Of a DNA stretch of 64,000 nt, positions 1 through 9,316 are shown in pieces; positions within the stretch are counted from its first letter, which is position 1, and every line of letters starts with the position of its first letter. A model generated the notes under the pieces. The model had not been told where the DNA came from, searched no databases, and saw nothing but the letters and a program-made list of their open reading frames with translations. The stretch is taken from contig MTLY02000003.1 in NCBI GenBank assembly GCA_002011035.2, positions 288,001 to 352,000 of the forward strand, in the 5' to 3' direction. This DNA is from Candidatus Hecatella orcuttiae (GTDB taxonomy: Archaea; Thermoproteota; Bathyarchaeia; Hecatellales; Hecatellaceae). The translations under genes were made by a program, and so were the position numbers.

Positions 1-28
1 CGTAGACAAGATACAGCATGGTTTTCCC

Positions 29-914
29 TCACTCGGCTTTTCCGTGCACCTCGCCCAGTTCCTTGTACTCTTCGCTTTCCATCTGCAGGGTGGTATGCCT
101 GATCCTGTATTTTTTCTCCATCTCCGCCTTGATGCTGTTCATAATCTGCTCGCTGTCTTTCAGGTGCCGCTTATCGACGACGATGTGGGCGGTCAGGTAG
201 TGCATGTAGGAGGTGATGCTCCAGACGTGGAGGTTGTGCACGTCTCTGACCCCCGCAATCCCCTTTATGGTTCGGTCGATTTCCTTCAGGTTCATTTTCC
301 GGGGAGCCCCTTCGAGGAGAATGTGGACGACCTCCCTCATCATCCGCCCGGTGTTGAAGATGATGATGAAGGCGATGGCGACGCTGAGAAGGGGGTCAGC
401 GTAATACCAGCCGGTGAAATACATGAGAATCCCCGCAGCCACCACCCCCACGGAGGACAGGGCGTCGCCCAGCACGTGGAGGAAAGCTGCCTTAACGTTC
501 AAGCTCATCATACATGGCATATGCTCACCGACCTCTTGGCTTTGGTCCTCTGCCTTCTAGCCGGGAAGATGGCCCTCAAGCCACCCACTTGGGATAAGAC
601 CTTCGGATACTACCGGGTGGAAATCCTATCCGCCTTAGCCAACGGCATCACCCTCATCCTCGTAACCTTCTACATCTTCTACGAGGCCTACCGCCGGTTT
701 GTGTCTCCCGTCGAAGTTCGCACCGTTGAGATGATCATCGTCGCCGTAATCGGCTTGACGGCGAACCTCGTGTCCATGACGCGTCGCTGAGCAGGGCGAG
801 GCTGCCAGATATTATTCCGCCGAAGATTTCAACCGCCATGATTCCCGCGGTTACGCCGATGGCGATCTGCAGGCTTTTCTGCTCAGTCCGCTTTTCTCTG
901 CTGGGGTTGCCCAT
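29..914 (-). pseudogene. Cation diffusion facilitator (CzcD/ZitB-like Zn/Co/Cd transporter) disrupted by an internal inversion (~513-780)
   Basis: N-terminus (..GSLALLSDA) on - at 780-914, middle (WHMLTD..TFGYYRVEILSALANG..GLTANLVSM) on + at ~515-778, C-terminus (SLNVKAAFLHVLGD..DVHNLHVWSIT..HTTLQME) on - at 29-511. Confidence 0.85.
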
Positions 915-986
915 GTGTACACCGCATTTTCCGTTGAGCTTCAACATTCACCTAAATCAGGCTGCTGATTCTCTAGACGTAACGGC

Positions 987-1388
987 TCAAAAGAATTTTG
1001 CAGGCGGCGATATGGGCGGGTGGAGGAAAGGTATCCCTATCAGGGCGAAGGCGAAGGCTAAGGCCACCATGATCACCACCAGCATAAAGACAGCCAGAAG
1101 CGCTATGCCGAAAGCCCCCAGCCAGCCTGTCTGAAAAAACGACCTGATGAGCGCCAGCCAGATGATGAAGACCAAGAACCCTCCGATGATGGGGGTGAAA
1201 AGCGCTGCTAAGAGAACAGAGAAGAGGCTGATGACCACGACGCCGACAAGGGTTAAGGCAAGAGCCTGAGGATAGGTCGCCCTGCTGCCCGCGACAACCC
1301 GGGCTGCAAAGAAGACGGAAAGAGCAGTGATCAACCATACAGCCACGCTTATGATGAGGAAGCCGGCTAGGTTGATGAGCGGCAGCAT
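987..1388 (-). CDS. Hypothetical membrane protein (about 4 TM)
   Basis: 133-aa uniformly hydrophobic ORF. Confidence 0.7.
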   Translation of the reverse strand: MLPLINLAGFLIISVAVWLITALSVFFAARVVAGSRATYPQALALTLVGVVVISLFSVLLAALFTPIIGGFLVFIIWLALIRSFFQTGWLGAFGIALLAVFMLVVIMVALAFAFALIGIPFLHPPISPPAKFF

Positions 1389-1486
1389 ACAATGGACTAA
1401 GATAGAACGGAGTAATTATATCTTTGGAAAGACCTCGCTCCCCCGAGGCTAAACTATAAATGCTCCCTGAACAACGCATCAAAGTC

Positions 1487-1906
1487 ATGGGCTCCATCAA
1501 GTACTACGCCGCGCCGGATGTGAGAGAACTTTTCGAGAACATCGTAACCAAGCTAGGCTTCAGCCATGTGGACTGTGGCAAAATCAGCTTCTTCCGGAGT
1601 CAAGGCTCGAAAAGCCGGTACACCGTCGCCCGAGTCTACGGGCTTCCGAGAATTTGGCAGCAGGCCTTAGGCCTTGAACCGCACTACGTGCTGGAGGTAA
1701 TCTCAGAAAGATACGACAGACTAACCGAGGAGGAAAAAGAGAAAACCCTCATCCATGAGGCTCTCCATATTCCCAGAGGCTTTCAAGGTGGTTTCAGGCA
1801 TCACAAGGGAAACATCGACAAAAGAAAGATTGACAGACTTCACAAGGCCTACAGGAAATGCTTTGCAGCCTCAGCCTCGCAGAGTATATCCGTTACTAAA
1901 CATTAA
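1487..1906 (+). CDS. Putative zincin metallopeptidase
   Basis: LIHEALHIP HExxH motif; TATA-like ctataaa at 1454-1460 favours the ATG at 1487. Confidence 0.75.
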   Translation: MGSIKYYAAPDVRELFENIVTKLGFSHVDCGKISFFRSQGSKSRYTVARVYGLPRIWQQALGLEPHYVLEVISERYDRLTEEEKEKTLIHEALHIPRGFQGGFRHHKGNIDKRKIDRLHKAYRKCFAASASQSISVTKH

Positions 1907-1939
1907 ATAAGCCTCTCTAACTGCTGGTTTGAAACAGCC

Positions 1940-3076
1940 ATGAAAAAAGAGTGGGTTATTCTCTTCGTTTCCTTTTTCACCGCCTTCTCCTACCTTTTCG
2001 CTCTTCAGTCCTACCCACCCATAATCCCCCAGGTGATGGAAGAGTTTGCGCTGTCGTACACCGCGGCCAGCTTGCTGATGTCCTTGGTGACCTTGGCAGG
2101 AATCTTCCTGTCGCTGCCCGCTTGGGTTTTTATCTTCAAATGGGGGCTTAAAAAAGTCGGCGCTCTAAGTCTCGCCCTCTGCACGTTGGGGGGTCTTGTC
2201 ACTTTTCTCAGCGGCTCCTTTCTCATGCTGGGGTTGGGGCGGGCTATCTTGGGTGTGGGCGGCGCTTTGATCAACATCATCAGCTTCGCCATGGTGCCTC
2301 TTTGGTTTCCTAGGAAACATAGGGGAAAAGCCATGGGCATCAAAGGACTGGATATGCCTGTGGCCACCGTGGTCGCTTTGAACTTCCTTCCTCTGGTGGC
2401 GGCAAGCTACGGCTGGAGAGCCAGTTTCGCAGCCTCCACCCTTCTCCTCCTAGCGTCCACGGCGGTCTTCATTCTTCTGTTCGAGGATAGGCCGCTGGGA
2501 AACTCGGCGGCCAAGATGTTCGAGGGCCTCTGGAACAGGCAGATGTGGCTTTTGGGGGCAGTCTGGTGTTTCGTCAACATGGGGACCATAGCCTATTCTA
2601 CTTGGGCTGGAACCTTTTTCCTCCAGCTTAAAGGTGTCCCCGCCCACTTGGCTTTTTTCATGGCGGGCATTTTGATGCTGACTGCTCTACCGTTAAATCC
2701 CGTGGTTGGAACCCTATCCGACAGGTTGGGGAAGAGAAAAATATTCATCACTCTCTCGATGGCTCTCATGGGAGTTTCCTTCACGCTCATCGCCTTCCTC
2801 TCCCTTCCTCTGCTCTTTTCAGCAGTAGTCTTGCTGGGATTTTCCGCCTTCTACGCTCCAGTCATCTTCGCTTCGACCTCCGAGCTTCTTCCAGAGGAGA
2901 AAGCAGGATTAGGCTTCAGCATCCTGTTCACCTGCGGTTTTGCGGGGACCTTCCTTGGCCCTTTCTTAGTGGGATATATTCAAGACGCATTCCCTGGAGG
3001 TACTCCCAGCTTCTTAGCCATGGCCGTTTTCTCCGTTTCAGCATTGATGTGCAGTAGGCTTCTGAAGGTGCGTTGA
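1940..3076 (+). CDS. MFS transporter
   Basis: About 12 TM segments; motif A-like GTLSDRLGKRK. Confidence 0.9.
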   Translation: MKKEWVILFVSFFTAFSYLFALQSYPPIIPQVMEEFALSYTAASLLMSLVTLAGIFLSLPAWVFIFKWGLKKVGALSLALCTLGGLVTFLSGSFLMLGLGRAILGVGGALINIISFAMVPLWFPRKHRGKAMGIKGLDMPVATVVALNFLPLVAASYGWRASFAASTLLLLASTAVFILLFEDRPLGNSAAKMFEGLWNRQMWLLGAVWCFVNMGTIAYSTWAGTFFLQLKGVPAHLAFFMAGILMLTALPLNPVVGTLSDRLGKRKIFITLSMALMGVSFTLIAFLSLPLLFSAVVLLGFSAFYAPVIFASTSELLPEEKAGLGFSILFTCGFAGTFLGPFLVGYIQDAFPGGTPSFLAMAVFSVSALMCSRLLKVR

Positions 3077-3188
3077 AAATCTCTTCCCTTTGCTTGGCTT
3101 CATATTTAACCCTCTCAGCCTTCACGTTATGTCAGTGGCGAAAAATTCTAGGCTGACGGTGACGCGGATTTAAGGTGTGGAGTTATAA

Positions 3189-4082
3189 ATGGACTCAGCC
3201 GGACTGCCTCGTTTCCCTGCTTTCAAGCCTTTGGAGCTGAGCGATCGGGCGATGGTGGAGAAGGCCTTCCGGGAAAACCAGCCTCAGATTTCCGAGCACA
3301 CTTTCACCAACCTTTTCGTTTGGCGGGGATCTAAAGAGGTTTTCCTCTCCCAGCTTGACGACTTTCTCCTCGTCCGGAGAAAACATCGGGGAAAATATTT
3401 TTTATTCCCTCCCATCGGGTGGAGAAGTCTTTCCAGCGTGGTAGAGGAGTTGAAATCTCTGGCCGGGGGTGAAACCCTAGAATTCTACGGCCTAACCTCG
3501 GCTCAGGCGGAGGAGCTCAGGCGGAAGGGCTTCCAGATCACGTCAAGCCGCGCCGATTGGGACTACGTCTACCTAGTCAGCGACCTAGTCAACTTGCCCG
3601 GCCCGAGGTTTTACAGTAAACGGAAGGAAATCCAGAAATGCCTTTCGAACCACAAGTGCGAATACAAGGCCCTCACGTCAGAGATTCTCAGCGACTGCCT
3701 CAGCCTTCAAACCCGATGGTGCAATGTGAAGCACTGCGAAGCGGAGCCGGGGCTTACGGGGGAAAACTAAGCCATCCGAGAAGTTTTCACCCATTACGGG
3801 GAGTTGAATGTTTTCGGGGGAGCCATCTACGTCGACGGCTGCTTAGAGGCTTTTGCCCTCGGGGAAAAACTGAACGAGAACACTGCGGTGGTGCACTTTG
3901 AGAAAGCCAACCCTGAGATAAGAGGCCTCTACCAGCTGATAAACCAGTGGTTCTGCAAGAACGTCCTCCAAGGTTTCACCTACGTAAACCGGGAGCAAGA
4001 CCTGGGCAGCGAAGGTCTCAGGAGGGCGAAGATAAGCTATCGCCCTCACCACATGGTGGAAAAATTTTTCGCAACAGGATAA
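3189..4082 (+). pseudogene. DUF2156 / GNAT-fold (aminoacyl-PG synthase C-terminal-like) protein interrupted by one in-frame TAA at 3768-3770
   Basis: ORFs 3189-3770 and 3804-4082 share a frame; motifs SEHTFTNLFVW, DYVY, VHFEKA, YVNREQDLGSEGLRRAKISYRP. Confidence 0.8.
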
Positions 4083-4223
4083 AAGACGGCTAGAGAATGT
4101 TACTAGTTTTGAAATGTTTTACAACCACGAAATGGCCGTAAAGGTTTCTTGAACGATAAGTTTAAATGCGAAGTTTGTTGGTATTTTGCTGTCGCAAATT
4201 TTCCCTTGAGGAGATCATATGAC

Positions 4224-4493
4224 TTGAGAAAGCTTGGGAAGACTTTACATGTTTCTCAAGCTACAGGGAATGTGATCGTTAAAGCCTCAGTTAACCCTAA
4301 GATTGGAGAAAAAGTTTTCGACGGAGACCTTAAACTGGTGGGCTCCGTCTTCGACGTCTTCGGACCTGTGACGTCGCCCTACGTTTCCGTCAAACCCGTT
4401 CAACCTCTCCCCAAGGGATATGAAAAAACTCTCTTTTTAAGCGACCAAAAGAAGGAGCGAAAAAGGAAAGGGGAGCGGTTGAAATCTGTCTAA
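4224..4493 (+). CDS. gar1: H/ACA RNP protein Gar1/Naf1
   Basis: LGKTLHVS..VGSVFDVFGPVTSPYVSVKP; immediately upstream of TFB (conserved archaeal pair). Confidence 0.85.
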   Translation: MRKLGKTLHVSQATGNVIVKASVNPKIGEKVFDGDLKLVGSVFDVFGPVTSPYVSVKPVQPLPKGYEKTLFLSDQKKERKRKGERLKSV

Positions 4494-5412
4494 AAAAGTT
4501 TTAGTTAAAAACAGAGTTTGCCCGGAGTGCGGGGACCCTAGGCTGATGAGCGACTACGACCAAGGTGAACTGGTCTGCATGAGCTGCGGCTACGTCCTCG
4601 ACGACAAAATCGCCGACACAGGCCCGGAGTGGAGGGCCTTCGACGATGAGCAAAAAGCCAAAAGGACCAGGGTGGGGGCTCCGCTTACCTACACGATCCA
4701 CGACAAGGGGCTTTCCACTCTCATCGACTGGCATAACAAGGATACTTCCGGCCGGGACCTCTCCCCGGTGCAGATGAGCCAGGTTTTCACGTTGAGGAAA
4801 TGGCAGCGGAGGACTAGGGTGGCGGATGCCTCAGAGAGAAACCTCGCCTTCGCCCTTTCCGAGATGAGTAAGATTTCCTCATCCCTCAACCTCCCCAAGA
4901 GTATTCTGGAAACAGCCGCGGTCTTCTACCGGAAGGCTGTGAGGAGGAGGCTTATCAGGGGCAGGTCTATTCAGGGTGTAGCCGCTGCCACCATCTACAT
5001 GTCCTGCCGGAAATGCAACATCCCCCGGACGCTGGATGAGATCGCCCAAGCTACCCCTGTGGGGAAGAAGGAGATCGGCCGCTGCTATCGGTTTTTAGCC
5101 AAGGAGCTGGATGAGTTCATTCCGCCCATCTTCCCGTCCAAATACGTGTCCAAGATCTCCAACCAGCTCTCCATCATGGGGAAGGCCGAGCTTGTAGCCG
5201 CCACCATCCTAGAAATCGCCAGCAGCCTCCGCCTGACCAGTGGAAGGGGCCCCACCGGCGTGGCGGCCGCCGCGGCGTACATAGCCTCGGTGCTCGCTGG
5301 GAACAGGAAGACTCAGAGGGAGGTGGCCTTGGTGGCCAATGTCACCGAGGTCACCATCAGAAACCGGTATAAGGAGCTCATGGACCGCATTCAGATAAAA
5401 GTTAAGCTTTAA
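4486..5412 (+). CDS. tfb: Transcription initiation factor IIB (TFB)
   Basis: Zn ribbon CPECG..CMSCG begins upstream of the listed ATG 4546, so a CTG start at 4486 is likely; GPEWRAF, cyclin repeats, VTEVTIRNRYKEL. Confidence 0.95.
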   Translation: MSKKVLVKNRVCPECGDPRLMSDYDQGELVCMSCGYVLDDKIADTGPEWRAFDDEQKAKRTRVGAPLTYTIHDKGLSTLIDWHNKDTSGRDLSPVQMSQVFTLRKWQRRTRVADASERNLAFALSEMSKISSSLNLPKSILETAAVFYRKAVRRRLIRGRSIQGVAAATIYMSCRKCNIPRTLDEIAQATPVGKKEIGRCYRFLAKELDEFIPPIFPSKYVSKISNQLSIMGKAELVAATILEIASSLRLTSGRGPTGVAAAAAYIASVLAGNRKTQREVALVANVTEVTIRNRYKELMDRIQIKVKL

Positions 5413-5545
5413 GAAAAATTTTCCCTCAGCCCTGTTTTCGGAGGCTGAAAAGTTTTCACTCTCCCGTATCCAACGGGATAACTTTACTGCCTACCCTTCT
5501 CTAATAGATGGGGTGAAAGAAATTCACCCCGTCGCCTAGACGTGG

Positions 5546-6736
5546 GTGCGGCTGGATAGGAGAAGGTGCGCTGGTGTGGAGAGACGCACGCTCTTGGGGT
5601 TGAATTTCAACGTTTTCCTTCTAGGTTTAGTAAGCTTCCTCACCGACGTCAGCAGCGAAATGGTCATGCCCATTCTGCCTCTTTTCATCGTCTCCCTCGG
5701 CGGCGCCGGGCTGGCCGTAGGCCTGATAGCCGGGCTGAGTGAGAGCGCCTCCAGCGTCCTCCGGGTTTTCTCAGGCTACTGGTCTGACCGGTATGGGCGG
5801 AGAAAGCCCTTTGTGGCCTCTGGCTACGCGGCTTCCGCGGCGGCTAAGCTTTTCTTCCCCCTCTCCACAACTTGGGCTCACATCCTAGTCCTCCGGCCTT
5901 TGGAGAGGGTGGGTAAGGGGTTGAGGACGGCTCCCCGAGACGCCATCATCGCTGAGTCCCTAGCCTCCGGGGTGAGGGGGCGGGGTTTCGGTGTTCACAG
6001 GGCCATGGACACTTCCGGGGCTATCCTAGGCTCGGTTTCAGCCTTCCTCCTCTACTGGTTTTGGGGCTGGGAGCTGAGGCCGATTCTTTGGGCCGCGGCC
6101 TTGGTGGCCTTCTCCTCCTTGGTTCCCCTCTACTTTGTGGGGGAGAGGAGGTTTAAGCCTCAGGCTAAGACCTTTAAGCTCAGCCTAGCCGGGCTGCCGG
6201 GGAACTTGAAGCTCTTCGTCGCCGCGGCCACAGTCTTCGCCATGGGAAATCTCAGCTATATGTTCCTCATTCTGAGAGCTCAGGAGCTCTTCGCGGGGAG
6301 AGCCGCTGTGGCCGTGCCGCTGCTGCTCTACGTCCTCCTCAACGTGGTCTTCGCCACCCTAGCTGTTCCCTTCGGGGTGCTCTCTGACAGGATAGGGCGG
6401 AAAGGGGTGCTGTTCGCCGGGTACGTCCTCTTCGCCTCCGTCTGCTTGGGTTTCGCCGCCCTCAGCTCCCTGCCCGCCTACGTCGCCCTGTTTGTCCTCT
6501 ACGGGGCGGTCTACGCCTTGGTGGAGGGAAACCAGAGGGCCTTCGTGGCGGACTTCGACGTGAAGGAGCTGAGGGGCACAGCCCTCGGGGTTTTCCACAC
6601 CTCGGTAGGCCTCGCTGCCCTTCCAGCTAACTTCCTTGCAGGAGCGCTCTGGCAGTATGTCAGCCCAGCGGCAGCCTTCGCCTACGCAGCTGCCCTTTCC
6701 ATGGCTGCGGCTCTGCTTCTGTTGAGGGTGAAGTAG
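5546..6736 (+). CDS. MFS transporter
   Basis: GYWSDRYGRRK, ERVGKGLRTAPRDA, multiple TM. Confidence 0.9.
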   Translation: MRLDRRRCAGVERRTLLGLNFNVFLLGLVSFLTDVSSEMVMPILPLFIVSLGGAGLAVGLIAGLSESASSVLRVFSGYWSDRYGRRKPFVASGYAASAAAKLFFPLSTTWAHILVLRPLERVGKGLRTAPRDAIIAESLASGVRGRGFGVHRAMDTSGAILGSVSAFLLYWFWGWELRPILWAAALVAFSSLVPLYFVGERRFKPQAKTFKLSLAGLPGNLKLFVAAATVFAMGNLSYMFLILRAQELFAGRAAVAVPLLLYVLLNVVFATLAVPFGVLSDRIGRKGVLFAGYVLFASVCLGFAALSSLPAYVALFVLYGAVYALVEGNQRAFVADFDVKELRGTALGVFHTSVGLAALPANFLAGALWQYVSPAAAFAYAAALSMAAALLLLRVK

Positions 6737-6760
6737 GCTTGTTTCCTCAAACTTCTGGGG

Positions 6761-8074
6761 CTAGGGCTCGGTGAGCCTCGAGGGTAGAATGTCCCGTTTC
6801 ACGATGTCTTCGTAGGTCTCCCGTCTTTGGATAAGCTCCACGCCATGCTCGCTGAGAAGCAGGGTCGGCGGCCGGGGGTAGGCGTTGAAGGTGGAAGCGG
6901 CCACTTGGCAGTAGGCTCCCACGTCTAGGAAGGCTATGATGTCGCCTTCCTCCACCCGGGGCACCCTGCGGTTTTTGGCGAGGATGTCCCCTGCGAAGCA
7001 CAGAGGCCCGGAGAAGTGGACGGCTTCCTCCTCCGCCCTGTCCGCCTTGTTGGCGACGGCAGCCTCATAGTGCCGGTTGAATTCTGTGAAGATGCCGGGG
7101 AGCAGGTTGGTGGAGGCGTCGACGGAGGCAAACTTGCCGGCGGGGGTGTCCTTCACGTTTCCCACTCGGGCTAGGAGAACCTCCGAGTCGCCTACCAGAC
7201 ACCTCCCCGGCTCGAGGATGAGCAGAGGCTCCCCCAGCCGGCTGAGCCTAGGCCTCAACGCCCCCACCAAGGCCTCGGCTATGGCCTCCGGAGCTAGGGC
7301 AGGGTCCTCCGGCTTGTAGGGGATGCCGTAGCCGCCTCCGAAGTCAAGGCATGTGGGGGTGAAGCCCAGCTTTTCTTTCAGGAGTTCCACAAAGTCCAGA
7401 ACCCTCTCCACAGCCTCGGTGAAGGGTTCGGTGGAGAGAATCTGGGAGCCGATGTGGAAGTGAACTCCCACGGTTTCCACGTTCTTCATCCTCAGAGCGG
7501 CTTCGTAGACTCGGAAGGCGGCTCCGCTGGGAATGTCCACCCCGAACTTGCTTTCTTTTACAGCCGTAGCAATGTAGGGGTGAGTCGGCACCTGGATGGA
7601 GGGGTTCACCCTCACCATTATCTTCGGGGTTTTACCCAAGCTTCCCGCTGCCTCATCTAGCTTTCTGAGCTCCGAAAGAGAGTCGACAACGATGAAGCCC
7701 ACGCCAGCCTTGAGGCTTTGGGTGAAATCCTCCCCGGTTTTGTTGTTGCCTGTGAGAACCAGCTTCTCCGGAGGGATGCCGGCTGAGAGGGCGATGCGGA
7801 CCTCACCTCCCGGCAGAACCTCGGCTCCCGCGCCCTCCTGCGCCAGTATCCTCACCACTGCTAGGGTGAAGTTGGCCTTGACCGCGTAGGCTATGAGCAC
7901 CTTTTCGTAGCGGCCGCGGAAAGCGCTGTGAAGCTGCCGGTACTTTTCGCGGATGCGGGCTTCTGAGACCACGTAGAGGGGTGTGCCGTAGCTGTCAGCT
8001 AACTCCACCAAGTCGTAGCCGTCCAGTGTCAGCCGGCCTTCTGGGTTGACGGCGAAATGTTCATGCTTAACCAT
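6761..8074 (-). CDS. lysA: Diaminopimelate decarboxylase
   Basis: YAVKAN (PLP lysine), SKFG, HFHIGSQI, DFGGG, EPGR, GPLC. Confidence 0.85.
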   Translation of the reverse strand: MVKHEHFAVNPEGRLTLDGYDLVELADSYGTPLYVVSEARIREKYRQLHSAFRGRYEKVLIAYAVKANFTLAVVRILAQEGAGAEVLPGGEVRIALSAGIPPEKLVLTGNNKTGEDFTQSLKAGVGFIVVDSLSELRKLDEAAGSLGKTPKIMVRVNPSIQVPTHPYIATAVKESKFGVDIPSGAAFRVYEAALRMKNVETVGVHFHIGSQILSTEPFTEAVERVLDFVELLKEKLGFTPTCLDFGGGYGIPYKPEDPALAPEAIAEALVGALRPRLSRLGEPLLILEPGRCLVGDSEVLLARVGNVKDTPAGKFASVDASTNLLPGIFTEFNRHYEAAVANKADRAEEEAVHFSGPLCFAGDILAKNRRVPRVEEGDIIAFLDVGAYCQVAASTFNAYPRPPTLLLSEHGVELIQRRETYEDIVKRDILPSRLTEP

Positions 8075-8320
8075 TTCTCTTTTCCTCTCACCTACGCTGA
8101 GCTGTCACCATTTTTTGATGGCGGCCCTCAGAAAAAGCAGCGCAGCACGCTGCCTTGCCGAGGTTTGCGAGCGGAGGGGGTCTTAATCTAACCTCTTAGA
8201 TGTAAATATATAAAAAGTTAGTTTAGACAAAATTCTAGCCGCGGACCGGGTCCAAAGAAGAGGTTTTCCCACTTTAGAGGCGACAAGCCATATATGGGGG
8301 GTCCGCCTTAACTATAGCTA

Positions 8321-8548
8321 GGCCGCCGGGGAAGCCCGGCTTCTTACCGGCTTGGTGGGGGAAGCCTTGCCAAGCCAGGTAAGAGTCGATATCGCAGCAT
8401 ACCTCGAACGGCTTCGCTCAGGGGACTGGGCTTGAAACCCTGAGTGAAACCCGCCCTAGTATGCTGCGAAGACGGAGGATACCGCCGGCAACGAGCGAAA
8501 ATTGGGCGGTAGCCGGTGGGAATCACCAGCTGGGACCCAGAGGCGGTC
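8321..8548 (+). ncRNA. Unidentified ~230-nt highly structured RNA
   Basis: Closing stem 8321-8327/8542-8548, several long internal helices, TATA-like atatat at 8290-8295 and a T-run just after the 3' end; no convincing ORF. Confidence 0.6.
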
Positions 8549-8618
8549 GAACCTAATTTTTCCCTAGGAACTGAAAGGTTGAGTTTCACGGTTTCTAAAA
8601 ATTTCCCATGTCAGTCTT

Positions 8619-9302
8619 TTAGATCGTTATGCCCTTATCGGTGATTTTGAACGGCACCCACGATGTGCTGTGTTTGACGCCTTTCATGGAGTAGACGCGG
8701 AGGTATCTTTTCAACTCTCCTCCCTTTTCATCCATTTTCATCTCTAAAACCCCGTCGAAGATGAAGCGGAGGAAATTCATGAAATGCTCGTCGTGGATGC
8801 CGCTTTCGAGAGTGAAGAGGCCTGAACCCTTACTCTGCTTTATCCTAGCCAAGAGGATGGGCAGAAACTTCTGGCCTGTCCCAGGCCCCGCCTCCATAGC
8901 CAACGTGGAAACAGAGTCAAAAACAACTCTGAAGCCAAGCCAGTTTTTTCTGGCTTCCTCAAACGTTATGCTTAACTGAGAAGGGCTGGCAAGCGTGTCC
9001 ACGAAATACTTGCAGGCGCATTCAAAACCAAACCGCTTAGTGTAACAGTCCACATGTCTCAATCTGTCAGCCGCTAGGTAAGGTTCAACGTCGAAGCCCA
9101 TGAAATTCATGCTCGCCTTGAACGTTTCCGGGCTTTCATCGGTTAAAACGCAGAGAACTTGTTCCCCTCTTTTCAGACTGTTCCGGATGAAATGTTTGGT
9201 GAAGATGCTTTTCCCAACTCCCGGCGGGCCGACGAGAAGAAGCACTCCGCTGGGAATAGGGCCTTCCACTAATTTACGGGCTCCGGGAAAAACTTCTGAC
9301 AT
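8619..9302 (-). CDS. KaiC/RAD55-like RecA-superfamily ATPase
   Basis: Walker A GPPGVGKS, Walker B VVFDSVS, FDGVLEM, LRVYSMKGVKHS. Confidence 0.85.
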   Translation of the reverse strand: MSEVFPGARKLVEGPIPSGVLLLVGPPGVGKSIFTKHFIRNSLKRGEQVLCVLTDESPETFKASMNFMGFDVEPYLAADRLRHVDCYTKRFGFECACKYFVDTLASPSQLSITFEEARKNWLGFRVVFDSVSTLAMEAGPGTGQKFLPILLARIKQSKGSGLFTLESGIHDEHFMNFLRFIFDGVLEMKMDEKGGELKRYLRVYSMKGVKHSTSWVPFKITDKGITI

Positions 9303-9316
9303 GCGGCCCCTCCTGT

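Noticed and set aside
44-790. 248-aa + strand ORF as a real gene
   Set aside because: The first ~155 aa are antisense to the CDF C-terminus; only the end is genuine inverted CDF sequence
8321-8548. Calling the structured RNA RNase P RNA, SRP RNA or a lysine riboswitch
   Set aside because: Only fragmentary resemblance (gtgaaac, ggcaacg, gctaggcc); the core conserved motifs are absent and the inferred strand is opposite to lysA
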